NCBI RefSeq assembly: GCF_018977255.1
Contig: NW_024705403.1
Span: 1-47,909, forward strand
Direction of reading: 5' to 3'
Length of the DNA stretch: 47,909 nucleotides
Source of the DNA: Callorhinchus milii
Taxonomy: Eukaryota
The position numbers and the translations under genes were made by a program. Every line of letters begins with the position of its first letter. Position 1 is the first letter of the stretch. Positions 10,397 to 22,745 of this stretch are shown here, in pieces. The notes under the pieces were generated by a model that saw only the letters and a list, made by a program, of their open reading frames with translations, searched no databases and was not told where the DNA came from.

Positions 10397-10800
10397 TTTT
10401 TTTTTAACAAATGTAGAAACCCATCACTGTGCTTCGCAGTCTCCAAACCAAGCAGTGAATTCCATGCATCCCACCTACTAATGAAAATCCCAGAGATAGG
10501 TGGTTGGAGTGGAATGTGCTCGCTCTCCCTGGAGGTTCACATCCTGTTTGCCTAATTCCGGAAAGTATTAGGCGCAGTTTGGCAAGAGCCAAGGCTTGGG
10601 GTAACTGCTGAGTCTAATCAGGTAAAACCACATCGCTTGCCATTGACATTGCTATCTGGCAAACTGTCCCGCTGCGACCATCCTTCCCGTTAGTGCTCTG
10701 GCTTGAAAGGGTTAACAGGAGCTAAGTGGGAGGATTCCTTGACGTCTGTAACTGGTCTTACTGATGGGTCATCTGCTGTGCCCTGGAATACTTGGGATGT
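10397..10800 (-). repeat. Unclassified dispersed repeat, copy 1
   Basis: Aligns with 43415-43790 (same orientation) and with the reverse complement of 25320-25772. Confidence 0.8.
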
Positions 10801-10819
10801 CCTATAACTAATTTGGATG

Positions 10820-11190
10820 GTTCTCCTCAGAGCAGCGGGGATTAAGGAGGAGATTTAATCGAGGTGTTTAAAGTTATGAGGGGTTTTGACAGTGCAGAGA
10901 GGGACACACTTAGCGGGTGAGTCAGTGACCAGGGCACAGAGACTCGGGATAACTGGGGAGATGAGGAGAAGGTTGTTCACATGTGGTGGTTATGATCTGG
11001 AATTCACTGCCTGAAAGGCTGGTGGAGACTGATTCAATATCAGCTTTCAAAAGGGAATTGGATAGTTATTTGAAAAGGATCTGGTGAAAGAGTGGGGGGT
11101 GGGACTGATTGGGAGCTCTTCCAAATAGACAGCACAGGCATAACGGGCCGAATGGCCTCCTGTGCTGTAATACTCTGTGGTTCTGTAATC
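10820..11190 (+). mobile_element. CR1 LINE 3' end
   Basis: ggagatttaatcgaggtgtttaaagttatgagggg (GDLIEVFKVMRG), tggaattcactgcctga, tail cgggccgaatggcctcctgtgctgtaa. Confidence 0.85.
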
Positions 11191-11984
11191 AGACTTTATT
11201 GAGGGTGAGCATTAAGGATGCTCACTGTTAATAAAACATTAAGGATGCTCACCATTAATGTCCATTGAAATATTGTGATCCATAATGGAGGCTGACACAT
11301 GCCCGAGGTTTAATATTTTTTGTTGGTATCAGGTTACCCTATCAGGGCTATATCTGTACAGTTTGTACCTTGTACTTCAAGTTGTTGTTGTTGTTTTCGC
11401 CCACAAATATACAGTCAATTCACTTTACAGCATATTCTGTGAAGCACTTTGCGGCGTCTAGAAGACGTGAAAAGCGTTATATCAAATGCAAGGAATATTA
11501 TTGTTGTTGTACTGTGTATAGGTTTGGGGGAGGGGAGAGATGGATGGCTGCAGTTGACCCGTCTAACAGGAGTGTGTGTGACCAGTCACTGAGTAGGCGA
11601 AAGGATTACTGAAGGCAGATGTGGGGGCGGGAGGGGCTACTAAATTGTCAGAATCGCAGAATAAAGTATGTCAAATCAGCCAGTGCTGTTATTATTACCT
11701 CCTACTGGAAAATATGTTCATGTTGGATGAGGACAGAATTAGGTTTGGATGTGAGGACTTCTGTGCTTAAATCTCTTCAGATATTCATTCTCAAGACTCC
11801 GACATAATTAATGTCACTTAGGTGATGCCCTACATCTGCTTCCGAGTAGAAGCGGAAAAAGATGAGTCAAAAGGAAGTCACGAATGTGGCTTTACCGGCT
11901 TTGAAAAGATTCTCAACCATTATCGAAAGTCCTGAGATTTCCATGAAACTCTTCGTGGTATATATGTTAATTTACAGTAACATT

Positions 11985-12225
11985 AGACAAGTTTCCTTAC
12001 TCCTGGCAGTAAGTAGGAACCTAGTTGTTCGTCGATCAGCGGCTCGCTTTCCGGGGGTAATAATCCCTTGAAAAAAATGTGGTCACTCAATCCATGACTG
12101 TCTGGGACACTGCTGTGTGCAATTGGCTGACGTTTCAAAATATACAATCAATTCACTTTACAGTATACCCTGTAAATCGCTTTGATGTGATAAGGTGCTA
12201 TATCAAGTGCAAGTATTATTATTCA
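11985..12225 (+). mobile_element. SINE, long subfamily, 5' truncated
   Basis: caagtttccttactcc, middle segment, core and tail. Confidence 0.82.
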
Positions 12226-12229
12226 TTTA

Positions 12230-12505
12230 CTTGGCTCAGTTGGTTGCACTGTGATGTCTCAGTTTGGTATGTACTCGGGGTTGATGCTTTGTTGGAAGTG
12301 CTTTCTTTTGAGACAGTAAACTAAATTGCCGACTGTTCTCCAATTGGATCTTAAAGATGCCATGACATGATTAGAAAAGAGAAAGAAGTTTCTTGGCCTT
12401 TCACTGCGTGCCTGTTTGCTACATCCTCTCGTATTGCAAAATGTCTGCTTTACTCTAGATATTTGTAAGCGTTCTCAGACACTTTGCGCTTGAAGGTGCT
12501 ATACA
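12230..12505 (+). mobile_element. Ancient Deu-domain-type SINE relic
   Basis: ttggctcagttggttgcact head; ttggatcttaaagatgccatgacatgattagaaaagag resembles the recalled Deu core. Confidence 0.5.
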
Positions 12506-12540
12506 CATATATATATATCTATATAATATATATCAAGTTA

Positions 12541-12855
12541 TAATAATCCTTGCATTTGATATAGCGCTTTTCACGTCGGGAGGACGTCCCAAAGCGCTTC
12601 ACAGAATATACTGTAAAGTGAATTGACTGTATATTTGTGGGCGAACGCGGCAGCCAATTGCGCACAGCAATGTCCCACAAACAGTCGTAGATTGAAAAAG
12701 ACCAATTTATTATTGTTTTGGGTTTTGGAGGGATTATTATTAGGCTCTGTGTGGAGTAAGGAAACTTGCCCAAGGTTTCGCCCTCTGCCTGGAATTGAAC
12801 CCAGGTGTCTTGCTTGCAAAGCAAGTGCTCTAACCACTGAGCTACAGGACTCCAC
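12541..12855 (-). mobile_element. tRNA-derived SINE, young short subfamily, full length
   Basis: Near-identical to 1403-1725; B box GGTTCAATTCC on minus. Confidence 0.93.
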
Positions 12856-13149
12856 AAAGTTGTTGTTCTTGTAGGCAATAATTATGCAAAACTGACATTT
12901 TGATGTCTAAGGACTGACTAAGGATTAAATGCAACAAAAGGATTTTAGGAAAGGTGTCAAGTTCCTGGACGTCACATTGGATGACTGAAATGCTATAAAG
13001 ATGGCTGTGACTATCACTCTTACAAACCTCCTCGCATGGTGTTTGAGGATCTTGAAGTTGTTGAGCACCATGTATGTTATACCCAGACTAACAGGAAACA
13101 CCGTGCCTTTCCAAAGCACTTTAATTTTGATAATTTTGGTAAGACGGTG

Positions 13150-13340
13150 GGGAGATGGGGAGCCAGTGGAGCCAGCGAGGAACGGAGCCATATGGTGCGG
13201 GAGAGGACATGAGCTGCAAAATTCTGAATAATCTACAGCTTGCAGAGGGAAGAGTTGCAAACTCTGGCAGGCGGGAAGTTAGCGTCTGGATGTGAAGAAT
13301 GCATGACTGAGGGCCTTGGGGGCCTGAGGGGAGAGGTGCT
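13150..13340 (-). mobile_element. L2 fragment
   Basis: gatggggagccagtggagccagcgag is the reverse complement of an LAxLHWLP-type motif. Confidence 0.6.
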
Positions 13341-13507
13341 TGTTTATCAAGTGGGTGTCAGCCTCCTCGGACTGTATTGGAAGAGACAAAGATGTCTCCC
13401 GGTGTTCCGGCCACTAACCCCACGACTGACTACTTTTTGTGCAAAATAGCTGTAACATTTGGCAGTAAAAACTGTGATTGACAGAAACGTGTGCGGTTCA
13501 AAAATAG

Positions 13508-13805
13508 TTAATAATAATACTTGCACCTTATCACAGTGTCTCAAAGCGCTTTACAGAGTACAATACCATGAAATGACTGTATTTTGTGACCGAAACTTGG
13601 CAGCCAACTGCGCACACAGTGTCCCACAAACAGTCATGGATTGAGTGAGCATTTTTTTTGAGGGATTATTAACCCCAAAAAGCAAGCCACCATTCAACTA
13701 ACAACGTGGTTCCTACTTACTATTTGGTAAACCGAGGCGTGTGGAGTAAGGAAATTTGCCTGAGGTTTTTCTACGCCTGGGAATCGCACTTGGGTCCCCT
13801 CACTT
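13508..13805 (-). mobile_element. SINE, long subfamily
   Basis: Reverse-complement tail, core, middle segment and partial head. Confidence 0.82.
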
Positions 13806-14289
13806 TCTTTATACAGCTCTTTATAATGGTCGTACAAAAACCAATTGCAGATGATGTGGTGGTTGTGTTGTTTGTGTTTGTGAGGTGCATTGTCTGAAGA
13901 CATAGTCATTGTGAATGTTCATGTCAAGCTTTCATTTTGTTGTGGTGACACCTTTACCATTTGAAGTGTTGGGGTTTTTCACACAATTACTGTGGTTTGA
14001 ATTTCACATAGGAAGGAAATATCAAGATGTATTGTTCTTTACTCAAAACCACATTGTATGGTATTTATTTTCCTTTCTACACCTCCACCCACCCCACCCC
14101 CAGCGCCCGCTACCCCTGCATGTCAAATAGCAATGTGTCAAGAATGGCACATTCTTTTCAAAGTGCTTCACACAATGAATTACTTAAGTATCCTGATTGA
14201 TATGTTTGCAGACATAGCCGCTAATCGGTGCCAACAACGTCCAGTGTACAAGCAATGTTAAATGATTCTTGATCCATCAAGATTATGGT

Positions 14290-14665
14290 GCCCTGTAGCG
14301 TAGTGGTTAGCGCGCTCACCTTGCAAGCGTGAGGACCTGGGTTTGATTCCTGGGCGGAGCAAAGCCTTAGGCAAGTTTCCTCACTCCACACATGTGCCTC
14401 TGTTTACTTAGCAGTAAATAGGAACCCAGTTAGTCAATTGAGGATCACTTTCCGTCAATAATAATTCCTTTGATGAAAAAAATTTAATAAGAAATAATCA
14501 TTTGGTCATTCAATCCACGGCTGTTTGTGGGACACTGTTGTGTGAAATTGGCTGCTGCATTTTGACCATAAAGTATACAGTCTCCACTTTACAACATATT
14601 CAATGAAACACTTTGAGACGTCTCAATGATATGATAAGGCTTTATATCAAACGCAAGGTTTATTG
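14290..14665 (+). mobile_element. SINE, long subfamily
   Basis: ccctgtagcgtagtggttagcgcgctc...gggtttgattcc head through tail. Confidence 0.87.
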
Positions 14666-15329
14666 TCCTTTACATGTGAAGGACAGTACTTTCAACAATT
14701 CAGCACTGAGCTACATTGCAACCTTCCGCCTTTACCAAGACGGTAATTAACACCTGGAACAGGTTGCCTGTGAGGGACATGGTAGGATGGACGGAGAGAG
14801 GATTGAATGATAAATCAAAATCAGAAGAGGGCATTAGTAAGTGAGTGGGACTGGATGTCCTTTTCTCATCTCCGATTTTTCTTCTCCCTGCCAGCTCTTG
14901 TCCATCAGGTCGTCAGCAGCCACTGATTGATTATGTGGCCCGTTAGACCTCAATAGAAGTACAAAGTCTATGCTAAAATGGGGCTGAGAGGGAGTGGTAG
15001 TAAATCGTGGATCCATCACCTACATATAATGGTTCAAGAAAGAAAAACATCAAAGGTTTCAATGCTTTAAGTTCCTCTCAGGATGCTGGAGTCCACTGTC
15101 TTGCCTGACTGGAACTAATTACCTAGTTTCCTCTGCTGGGAACAGGATGTCCAGTGGTTTAAGAGAAGGAGTGAAAGGTTAGCAAACATTACCAGACATA
15201 GTGTTTTGCCAATTCACATTTGTCTTCCAAAAATACTATTTATAGCCCAAGAGCACATAGAGTATAAACAATATTTCCCCTCTCATCCTCCCTGTAACCT
15301 TGAATGGTTCAGTTCCTATTTCTCACACC

Positions 15330-16640
15330 GTCTCTACTTCAATCTCGACTCCAGGACCCACTGCTGTCCTGACAGAATGTCTGTCAGACATCGAGCCCTG
15401 CACCAGAGCGAACATCCTTCAGCTGAACATCATCAAGACCGAGGCTCCTGATTAGCTCCCGTCAGCGCCTCCTCACCTCAGGCGCTGACAGCATCACCAT
15501 CCATGGGGCTCACTCCCCCTCACTGAGCCGGTCAGAGCCATGGTTTCTTGTTTGACCCTCAACTGTCCTTTCTACCCCACATCCGTGCCATGACCCGCTC
15601 TGCCTTCCCCATCTCTGCAACATGGCCCGACTCTGCCACTGTCTCACACCGCAGCCCCCGAGACCCTCACACACATCATTACATCCAGACTCCACCACAC
15701 CAACTCCCTGCTTGTCGNCCCCCAACTCCTCCCTCCATAGGCTGCACATCATCCAGAACTAACCCTGCAGCCCGTGTCCTCTCCCCCACCCCATCTACCC
15801 CATCCTCACCCCCACCAGGCTCCCCCACCCCATCACCCCCATCCTCACCCCCACCAGGCTCCCCGACACCATCACCCCCATCCTCACCCCCACCAGGCTC
15901 CCCGACCCCATCACCCCCATCCTCACCCCCACCAGGCTCCCTGACCCCATCACCCCCATCCTCACCCCCACCAGGCTCCCTGACCCCATCACCCCCATCC
16001 TCACCCCCACCAGGCTCCCTGACCCCATCACCCCCATCCTCACCCCACCAGGCTCCCTGACCCCATCACCCCATCCTCCCCCCACCAGGCTCCCTGACCC
16101 CATCACCCCCATCCTCACCCCCACCAGACTCCCTGACCCCATCAACCCCATCCTCGCCCCCACCAGGCTCCCCTCCCCCATCACCCCCATCCTCACCCGA
16201 CTCCACTGGCTTCCCATCACACAGAGGATACAGTTCAAGATCCTGGTCCTCACTTTCAAAGCCCTCCATGGCCTTGCTTCCCCCGACCTCTGTGTCCTCC
16301 TAACCCCCTACCAACCTGACCGCTCCCTCCACTCAGCGGGCTCTGGCCTGCTTCACGCCCTCAGCCATTGCCAGGCAGGTCTTCAGCCACTCTGCCCCCA
16401 CCCTCTGGAACTCCATCTCGCAGTCCCTTCTCCTCGCTCCCTCCCTTGCCCCCTTCAAGACCCATCTCAAGTTCCTCTTCTTCGTCCGTGCCTTTGGTCA
16501 CACTCCTTTGCCCCCCCCCCTGTCCTCCACCATTCCCAAACCTGACCCCAAAATCTAGTCCGAAGCACTGATTGTTGAGTGCCCTGGAACATCCTACTGA
16601 CATGAAAAGCGGTATACACATGTCATTTTGTTGTTATTGT
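15330..16640 (+). mobile_element. L2 LINE 3' portion with internal 39-nt minisatellite and intact 3' tail
   Basis: FDPQLSFLPHIR, ctccactggcttcccatcacacagaggatacagttcaagatcc, tail gacatgaaaagcggtatacacatgtcattttgttgttattg. Confidence 0.9.
15788..16200 (+). repeat. C-rich minisatellite, 39-nt unit (CCCCATCACCCCCATCCTCACCCCCACCAGGCTCCCTGA), ~10 copies
   Basis: Direct tandem repetition; the ORF track shows a 13-aa periodicity. Confidence 0.95.
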
Positions 16641-17572
16641 GGTAACCGTTTGGTGATGTTCTGAAACTCTGGAACACTCCTTCTCTACCCCTCCGCTTTT
16701 CTCCCTCTTACCCCATCCTCAAATCGTCCCTGAAGACCTTCCTCTTTCATCATGCTTATGGTCATCTTCCCCACCCCCCCCCCCCACCCCGGCTTAGCAC
16801 AGCAGTGTCCCACAAACAGTTGTGGATTGATTGAGTGATCACATTATTATTTTTTTAGAAAGATTTTTTTGAACGTAAGAATTTTCCACGATAGTGTACC
16901 ACCTTAAATGTTGAAACCAAATGGTCTTGCAGGCTAAGATGAGTTGGAATTTTGAACCTCTGAGGCGTTCTGCAATCTCCCAACAGCTGAGGCTGGGTAA
17001 TGCACTCTGCTACAGAACAGTATTGACCACTAATCCTACCTCCTCCATCTCCAGACTGCATCAGTCTCACTGGAAAAAGCCAGAAATAAACCATTTGACC
17101 CTCTTCACTTTGGGGCGGCCTCCTGAAGCAGTCTGACACCTGTCAGCTCCACGCAGGCTGCTATGGTTCAGCAGATGCCCCCATTGCCAAGCTCATTCTG
17201 GGACCTCTCTCTGTTCTCTTTTGGTCTGATCAATTTCACAGATGATGGCCCTGAGATTAACAGCAGAAACTGCCCTATTCACGTTCCCAGAAAACACTCA
17301 TTCCATTCTTACTGGTTTATTCGCACCCTGGAGTCTGCATAATGATCCTTGCATTTGATATAGCAGCAATATTGTCCCCATGTCTTCCAAACGCTTCCCA
17401 GAAAATCGCTGCCAAATGTATGCGTGTAGGTGACTGCAGCAGTTATTTTACAAGATCCCACAAACCTCCCAAAGTCAGTATGTGGGAGTTGTGAGCGATA
17501 CCACCTGCTTGGACATTGTCCTTCAGCAACAGGCTGAGAAGGTCGTTCTTTCTGTATCATCATCACCATCAT

Positions 17573-17852
17573 CATAATAATCCTTCCCTTTGATATAGCG
17601 CCTTATCACATTTTTGAGACATCTCAAAGCGCTTCACAGAATATACTGTACAGTGAATTGATGGTATATTTTTGGGGCAAAACGCAGTAGACAATTACTC
17701 CCAGCAGTGTCCCACAGTTGTGGATTAAGTGACCAAATTATTTTTTTGAAGGGATTATTATCCCACCCCCCCGGAAAGTGATCCGCCAATTGACTAACAA
17801 CCCGGTTTCTACTTGCTGCTAAGTAAACCGAGGCATGTGTGGTAAGAAAACC
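17573..17852 (-). mobile_element. SINE, long subfamily, head missing
   Basis: Reverse-complement tail, core and middle segment. Confidence 0.82.
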
Positions 17853-18824
17853 AAGGGATATGATAGCACAAGCTTAATCTGTATGGGGATTTTGATGTTC
17901 TCAAACTCCTCATGAGGGCTGAGATTATGGTGTAAGATGTCTGCGCTGTTCTTGTGGGCATGTTAGAGAAAGTTTTGCTTCAGTCCATTTGCAAAGAGGC
18001 TGTGAGGTAGATTTGTGGTAAATAGGTTTAAAAAAAACTTCCTTAAATGTAGACCTGGATTAATCATTTGATGTTGAATAAACCTGGTATGCAACATTGG
18101 TCTTAGACCTCTAGAATATCAGGGTATCTGGCACATCACAAATTTTCTTATAGCTGTTAAATAAACTCTGAGCCTTCGGACAACCGTGAGGAGATAATGC
18201 CTGGAGTCTGAGCCCATGGACATGCACTCCTCTGTCCAGGGCTAGGTGTATACCCTGATTGTTACGCAGAGAGATTTCGCCCACAAAATACAGTCACTAC
18301 ACTTTATAATGTATTCTGTGAAGTGCTTTTAGATGTCTCAAAGATGTGATAAGACGCCTTATCAAATACAAGGATTATTATTATTATATAAATAGCTGCT
18401 GAAGCTCCGTCCTTCCAACTGGTAGAACCAATGGCCAACAGGAGGGTTAGCCCTAATCTGGGTTTCACACAGGAGGATGGTGGCAATACTCTCACAGTGT
18501 TTACCGGGTTGTGCTGCTCACCATGTGTTTTACGTGGAGTTCCAGGTCCCTGTGATTATCAGTGTCTAATTATCAACCACTGACCTGCTTCTCGGAAAGA
18601 GTCTCTTTGGATCTGATTTGGCTCGAAGGTGACGTATCTGGCATTGGGATATCGATGCTGATTCAATTCTCTTTGGTAGTGCGTGTGGGCCTGGCTTAGC
18701 GAACCCGGCAGAGAGGCAGGACTGCTGATGCAGACTCATTGGAAGGAGTTGGAGTAGCAGACCAAACTTTAAAACTGGCATTTTTCCCACTTAGCTCTCC
18801 CATGTGCCTTTCCGGACAAGCAAC

Positions 18825-18986
18825 AGGGATCTTCGCTTTCCCGTCTCCGAAGGACAGGATCTCTGAGGATGTAATGCTCCCTGATACTGCACTGAAGTGT
18901 CAGCCTGACTGTGAGCTCATGTCCTCATGTCTCTAACTTGTGCCCTGACCTGGAGCAAGAGCATCATCGTGAGCCAGGCTGACACT
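18825..18986 (-). mobile_element. Deu-type SINE 5' relic
   Basis: ctccctgatactgcactgaagtgtcagcctgactgtgagctca...tgagccaggctgacac resembles the reverse complement of a SacSINE1-like head as recalled. Confidence 0.6.
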
Positions 18987-19610
18987 TGGGGCAGATCATA
19001 TACAATTTAAACATGCAAGACTTGTGTGTGCACTCCTTAGCGCTCAGTCAGACGATGTATGTTTGCATCGTGCCTTCCCTTCCCATTGGCAGACCTGAAG
19101 ACCAACTAATCTTCTGGCTAATGTGTTTCCTGACCTCTTGGCCCAGTTGGCTATGAATTGTTTTTTTTAAAGGAAGCACAGTTAATCCACTTCATAATAC
19201 ATTCTGTGAAGCGCTTTGAGACATCTCGAAGGTGTGATAAGGCATTATATCAAATGCTCGGATAATTATCATTATTATGAAATAAAAAACACTGCTAAAT
19301 CCTGAACTCAGCACTAAGACAAATACAATACTCAAATACAATATGTACTTTGAAAGCTCATTACAGTTTTGGCCACTTGATAGCTGAGCGGTTTGAAGTC
19401 ATGGAGTTTTTTAGGTTCCTTTCTTGAGCGTGTTAACCCATCGACTGCTGGAGGAGCCTTTCACTCGTCAGGTTAAGCAATAATTGGGAGTTATATTATT
19501 CCCTTCAGCCCTGCCCCAAGCTCTGTGTGGCTTCGGTGTAGTTTGTGTGATGGCTACTTTACTGGAAATGTTTTGCTTGCTTCCTATCTGAAGATGGTGA
19601 AAATGGTGGG

Positions 19611-19762
19611 TTATGTTACTCTCTGTGACTTTGACAGAATGGATGTTCTTTATGTTCATGTCTCGACAGTTTTTATCGGCAGGTACAGCTCCTTTCAATG
19701 GGCACACTCCTACATTTGTGAACCTTTACACACCAACTGCCTCACAGGTGTACACCCCCTAC
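19611..19762 (+). repeat. Left arm of a diverged inverted repeat (partner 21304-21442)
   Basis: Blocks tgacagaatggatg, atgggcacactcctacatttg, tacacaccaac and gtacaccc recur in order, reverse-complemented, at 21304-21442. Confidence 0.75.
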
Positions 19763-19795
19763 ACACATGTGCACGGACACACTACGTTATTTATA

Positions 19796-19946
19796 AATAA
19801 TAATTCTTGCATTTAATGCGCCTTATCACATCTTTGAGACGTCTCAAATGCTTCACGGAATATACTGTAAAGTGAACTGACTATTTATTGGGTGAAATAC
19901 GGCAGCGGATTGCGCACAGCAGTCTCCCAAAAATAGTCGTGGATTA
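19796..19946 (-). mobile_element. SINE 3' half
   Basis: Reverse-complement tail and core, ending just before the 15-mer array. Confidence 0.82.
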
Positions 19947-19950
19947 CACG

Positions 19951-20395
19951 TCCAGCACGGACTAGCCCAGCACGGACTAGCCCAGCACGGACTAGCCCAG
20001 CACAGACTAGCCCAGCACGGACTAGCCCAGCACGGACTAGCCCAGCACGGACTAGCCCAGCACGGACTAGCCCAGCACGGACTAGCCCAGCACGGACTAG
20101 CCCAGCACGGACTAGCCCAGCACGGACTAGCCCAGCACGGACTAGCCCAGCACGGACTAGCCCAGCACGGACTAGCCCAGCACGGACTAGCCCAGCACGG
20201 ACTAGCCCAGCACGGACTAGCCCAGCACGGACTAGCCCAGCACGGACTAGCCCAGCACGGACTAGCCCAGCACGGACTAGCCCAGCACGGACTAGCCCAG
20301 CACGGACTAGCCCAGCACGGACTAGCCCAGCACGGACTAGCCCAGCACGGACTAGCCCAGCACGGACTAGCCCAGCACGGACTAGCCCAGCACGG
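19951..20395 (+). repeat. Homogeneous 15-nt tandem array (CCCAGCACGGACTAG), 29 full units plus a partial unit
   Basis: Counted directly; one internal G>A variant at ~20004 and a T at the first base of unit 1. Confidence 0.98.
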
Positions 20396-20539
20396 GTTCT
20401 TTTACACCTCTCTAAATCCAAGCCCGAGCATTACAGCGAAAAGGCTCCCGGCACAGCTGCCCTGTCCTGGGGATGTTACAGCACCGGAGGAGGCCGTATA
20501 GACCATTCATTCTGCTTATAAACCCTACCAATCTGTCTA

Positions 20540-20692
20540 CTTCCTCCACTCAGACCTTCCTCTTCGACTGCACTTTTGGTCATCTTCCTACCCTCCCTCT
20601 CGACTCCATCCGCAGCTCAGGTGAAGTCCAGCACCTTGGGACGTCCTCCCGACATGAAAGGCCCTATATCAGTGTCATTTGTTGTTGTCATT
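20540..20692 (+). mobile_element. L2 3' end
   Basis: cagaccttcctcttcgactgcacttttggtca...gggacgtcctcccgacatgaaaggccctatatc...ttgttgttg. Confidence 0.75.
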
Positions 20693-21303
20693 ATGCCCAC
20701 TCTCTCAAAGAGCTCTCCATTTCTGCCCATTCCTTTGCTCTTTCTCCCTTTTACATTTTTTTCTTTCAAAATGTGTCTGATTCCTTTCTGAGCACTATTA
20801 GGAATTCCACCTCGGCTCGTACCCTGTCTGATTCTTTAAGAAGTGTTTTCATTGTCCCCTCTCTCTCTTTTCCTGCCCCGTTGCCCTCGCTCTGTTGGCA
20901 GTGTTCCTGTATTCCCATGGTTTCTTGCCTGTGGGGATTCGAAGCTATTATGTGATTTATTAATGTGCGTAATTGCTTCTTCCTTGACCTGCACTTCTGT
21001 TTCCTGGACCGGCTGTTTTTGTTTGGGGGGAGGGGGGGGTGGGGCTGTTAGAGGATTTATGGTCACTGTTTGTGGAGTTGTTAACTAGAGGGCACACATT
21101 TAAGATCTCCGCCAAGAAAAACAGGAATTTGGGAAAAAACATTACATTGTGGATTATTGGGACATGAAATACCTGAGCAAAGACGTTGGTTTAAGAAGAA
21201 TTTTAATACGTTTTAGAGGAATTGCCCAACTATTTGAATATAAAATGGGTGTGTAGGAGAGTAGGAATAAACGTGAGACTTTAAGAGTGGTTGTGTGGAG
21301 ATA

Positions 21304-21442
21304 CAGTGGGTGTACGCGTGTGCAGGGGTTGGTGTGTACCGACCGGTGTGCAAATGTAGCAGTGTGCCCATGTAGGGGTCCGTGGCCTGTTCATGTGTTC
21401 ACGCACATGACCATCCATTCTATCAGCACAAGTATGACATAA
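21304..21442 (-). repeat. Right arm of a diverged inverted repeat (partner 19611-19762)
   Basis: Reverse complement contains atgggcacactgctacatttg (20/21 to left arm) and tacacaccaac (exact). Confidence 0.75.
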
Positions 21443-21888
21443 TAATAATAATCCTTGTGTTTCATATAGCGCCGTATCACCTTGTTATGTAAAGTGATTT
21501 GACTGTACATGTTGTGGGTCAAATGCAGCAGCCAATTATTCACCGCAGTGACCCGCAAACTCTCGTAGACTGAGTGACCAAATTAATAATTTTTAATTAA
21601 TTTTTAAAAATGTTGAAGGGACAATAGTCTGAATCGCCTCCTTCCGAGCTTTAATACTGAATGGTTCTGTTGTTTGTGATATTGTTTCCGAGGTTGAAGT
21701 TGGGAGAGAGCTGTTCTCGGGATTGTTGCTCCAGGTTCTTTGCATAGAAATTTGTAAAACAAAGTGCATTATTTATCTTCAAAAGGCTGTAGTGTTGAAG
21801 TTCAGCGTTGCACTTACGTAGACATTTACATATCCACCTTTTCACAAAAAGACCTTAGTTTTCTGTGCCCTTTAAAACATTATTATTC

Positions 21889-22190
21889 TGGAGTCCTCCA
21901 GCTTAGTGGTTAGAGCCTCGCAGGCAAGAGGACCTGGGTTCAATTCCCGGGCAGAGCGAAATATTACGCAAGTTTCCTTACTCCACACGCCTGTTTACCA
22001 GCAGTAAGTAGGAAACTGGTCATTAGTCAATTGGTGGATCGCTTTTCTGGGAGTAATAATCCCTTCAAAAACTCAATGCTCACTCCAGTCCACGACTGCT
22101 TGTGGGACATTGCTTTGCGTAATTGGCGGCTGCGTTTCGACTAAAAAGTGCTCTACAGTATATTCTATACTTTGAGACGACTTACTATGT
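21889..22190 (+). mobile_element. SINE, long subfamily
   Basis: ggagtcctccagcttagtggttagagc head, B box ggttcaattcc, middle segment, core. Confidence 0.85.
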
Positions 22191-22424
22191 GAATAAAAGT
22201 ACCAAGAGCTTCCTGTGTGCGCTCCTGCTCTCAGCTCACAAACATATCCTACCCATTGACTAGTGGTTCCACCAGTTAGAGATGAGGATGTGGAAGTGCT
22301 CCCCTACAACCCCATGTAATTCTCCATTTAATTAATGCGTTACCTCTACCTCGAGTACAGTTTGTGGCAGCGAATCCCACATTTTCACCCCCATTGTGTT
22401 TAAGTGCTTTGAGATGGCCTCCCG

Positions 22425-22745
22425 ATAATAATAATAATCCTCGCATTTGATATAGCGCTTTTCATGTCGGGAGGACATCCCAAAGCGCTTTACAGAACAC
22501 ACTGTAAAGTGAATTGACTGTATATTTGTGGGCGAACGCGGCAGCCAATTGCGCACAGCAATGTCCCACAAACAGTCGTGGATTGAAAATGACCAATTTA
22601 TTATTGTTTGTGGTTTTGGAGGATTATTATTAGGTGTGTGGAGTAAAGAAACTTGCCCGAGGTTTGGCCCTGACCCCCCGGGGATTGAACTCAGGTCTCT
22701 CGCTCGCAAGGCGAGTGCTCTAACCACTGAGCTATAGGACTCCAC
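22425..22745 (-). mobile_element. tRNA-derived SINE, young short subfamily, full length
   Basis: Near-identical to 1403-1725. Confidence 0.93.

Noticed and set aside
13001..13138. Open frame ending at TTG|GTAAGA
   Set aside because: No polypyrimidine acceptor and no recognisable peptide
15548..16269. Pro/Ser-rich (extensin-like) and Gly-rich ORFs
   Set aside because: Produced by the 39-nt minisatellite inside an L2
19885..20421. 178-aa RAGLV repeat ORF / CRISPR-like regular array
   Set aside because: A pure tandem 15-mer with no spacers; the ORF is a by-product of the unit length
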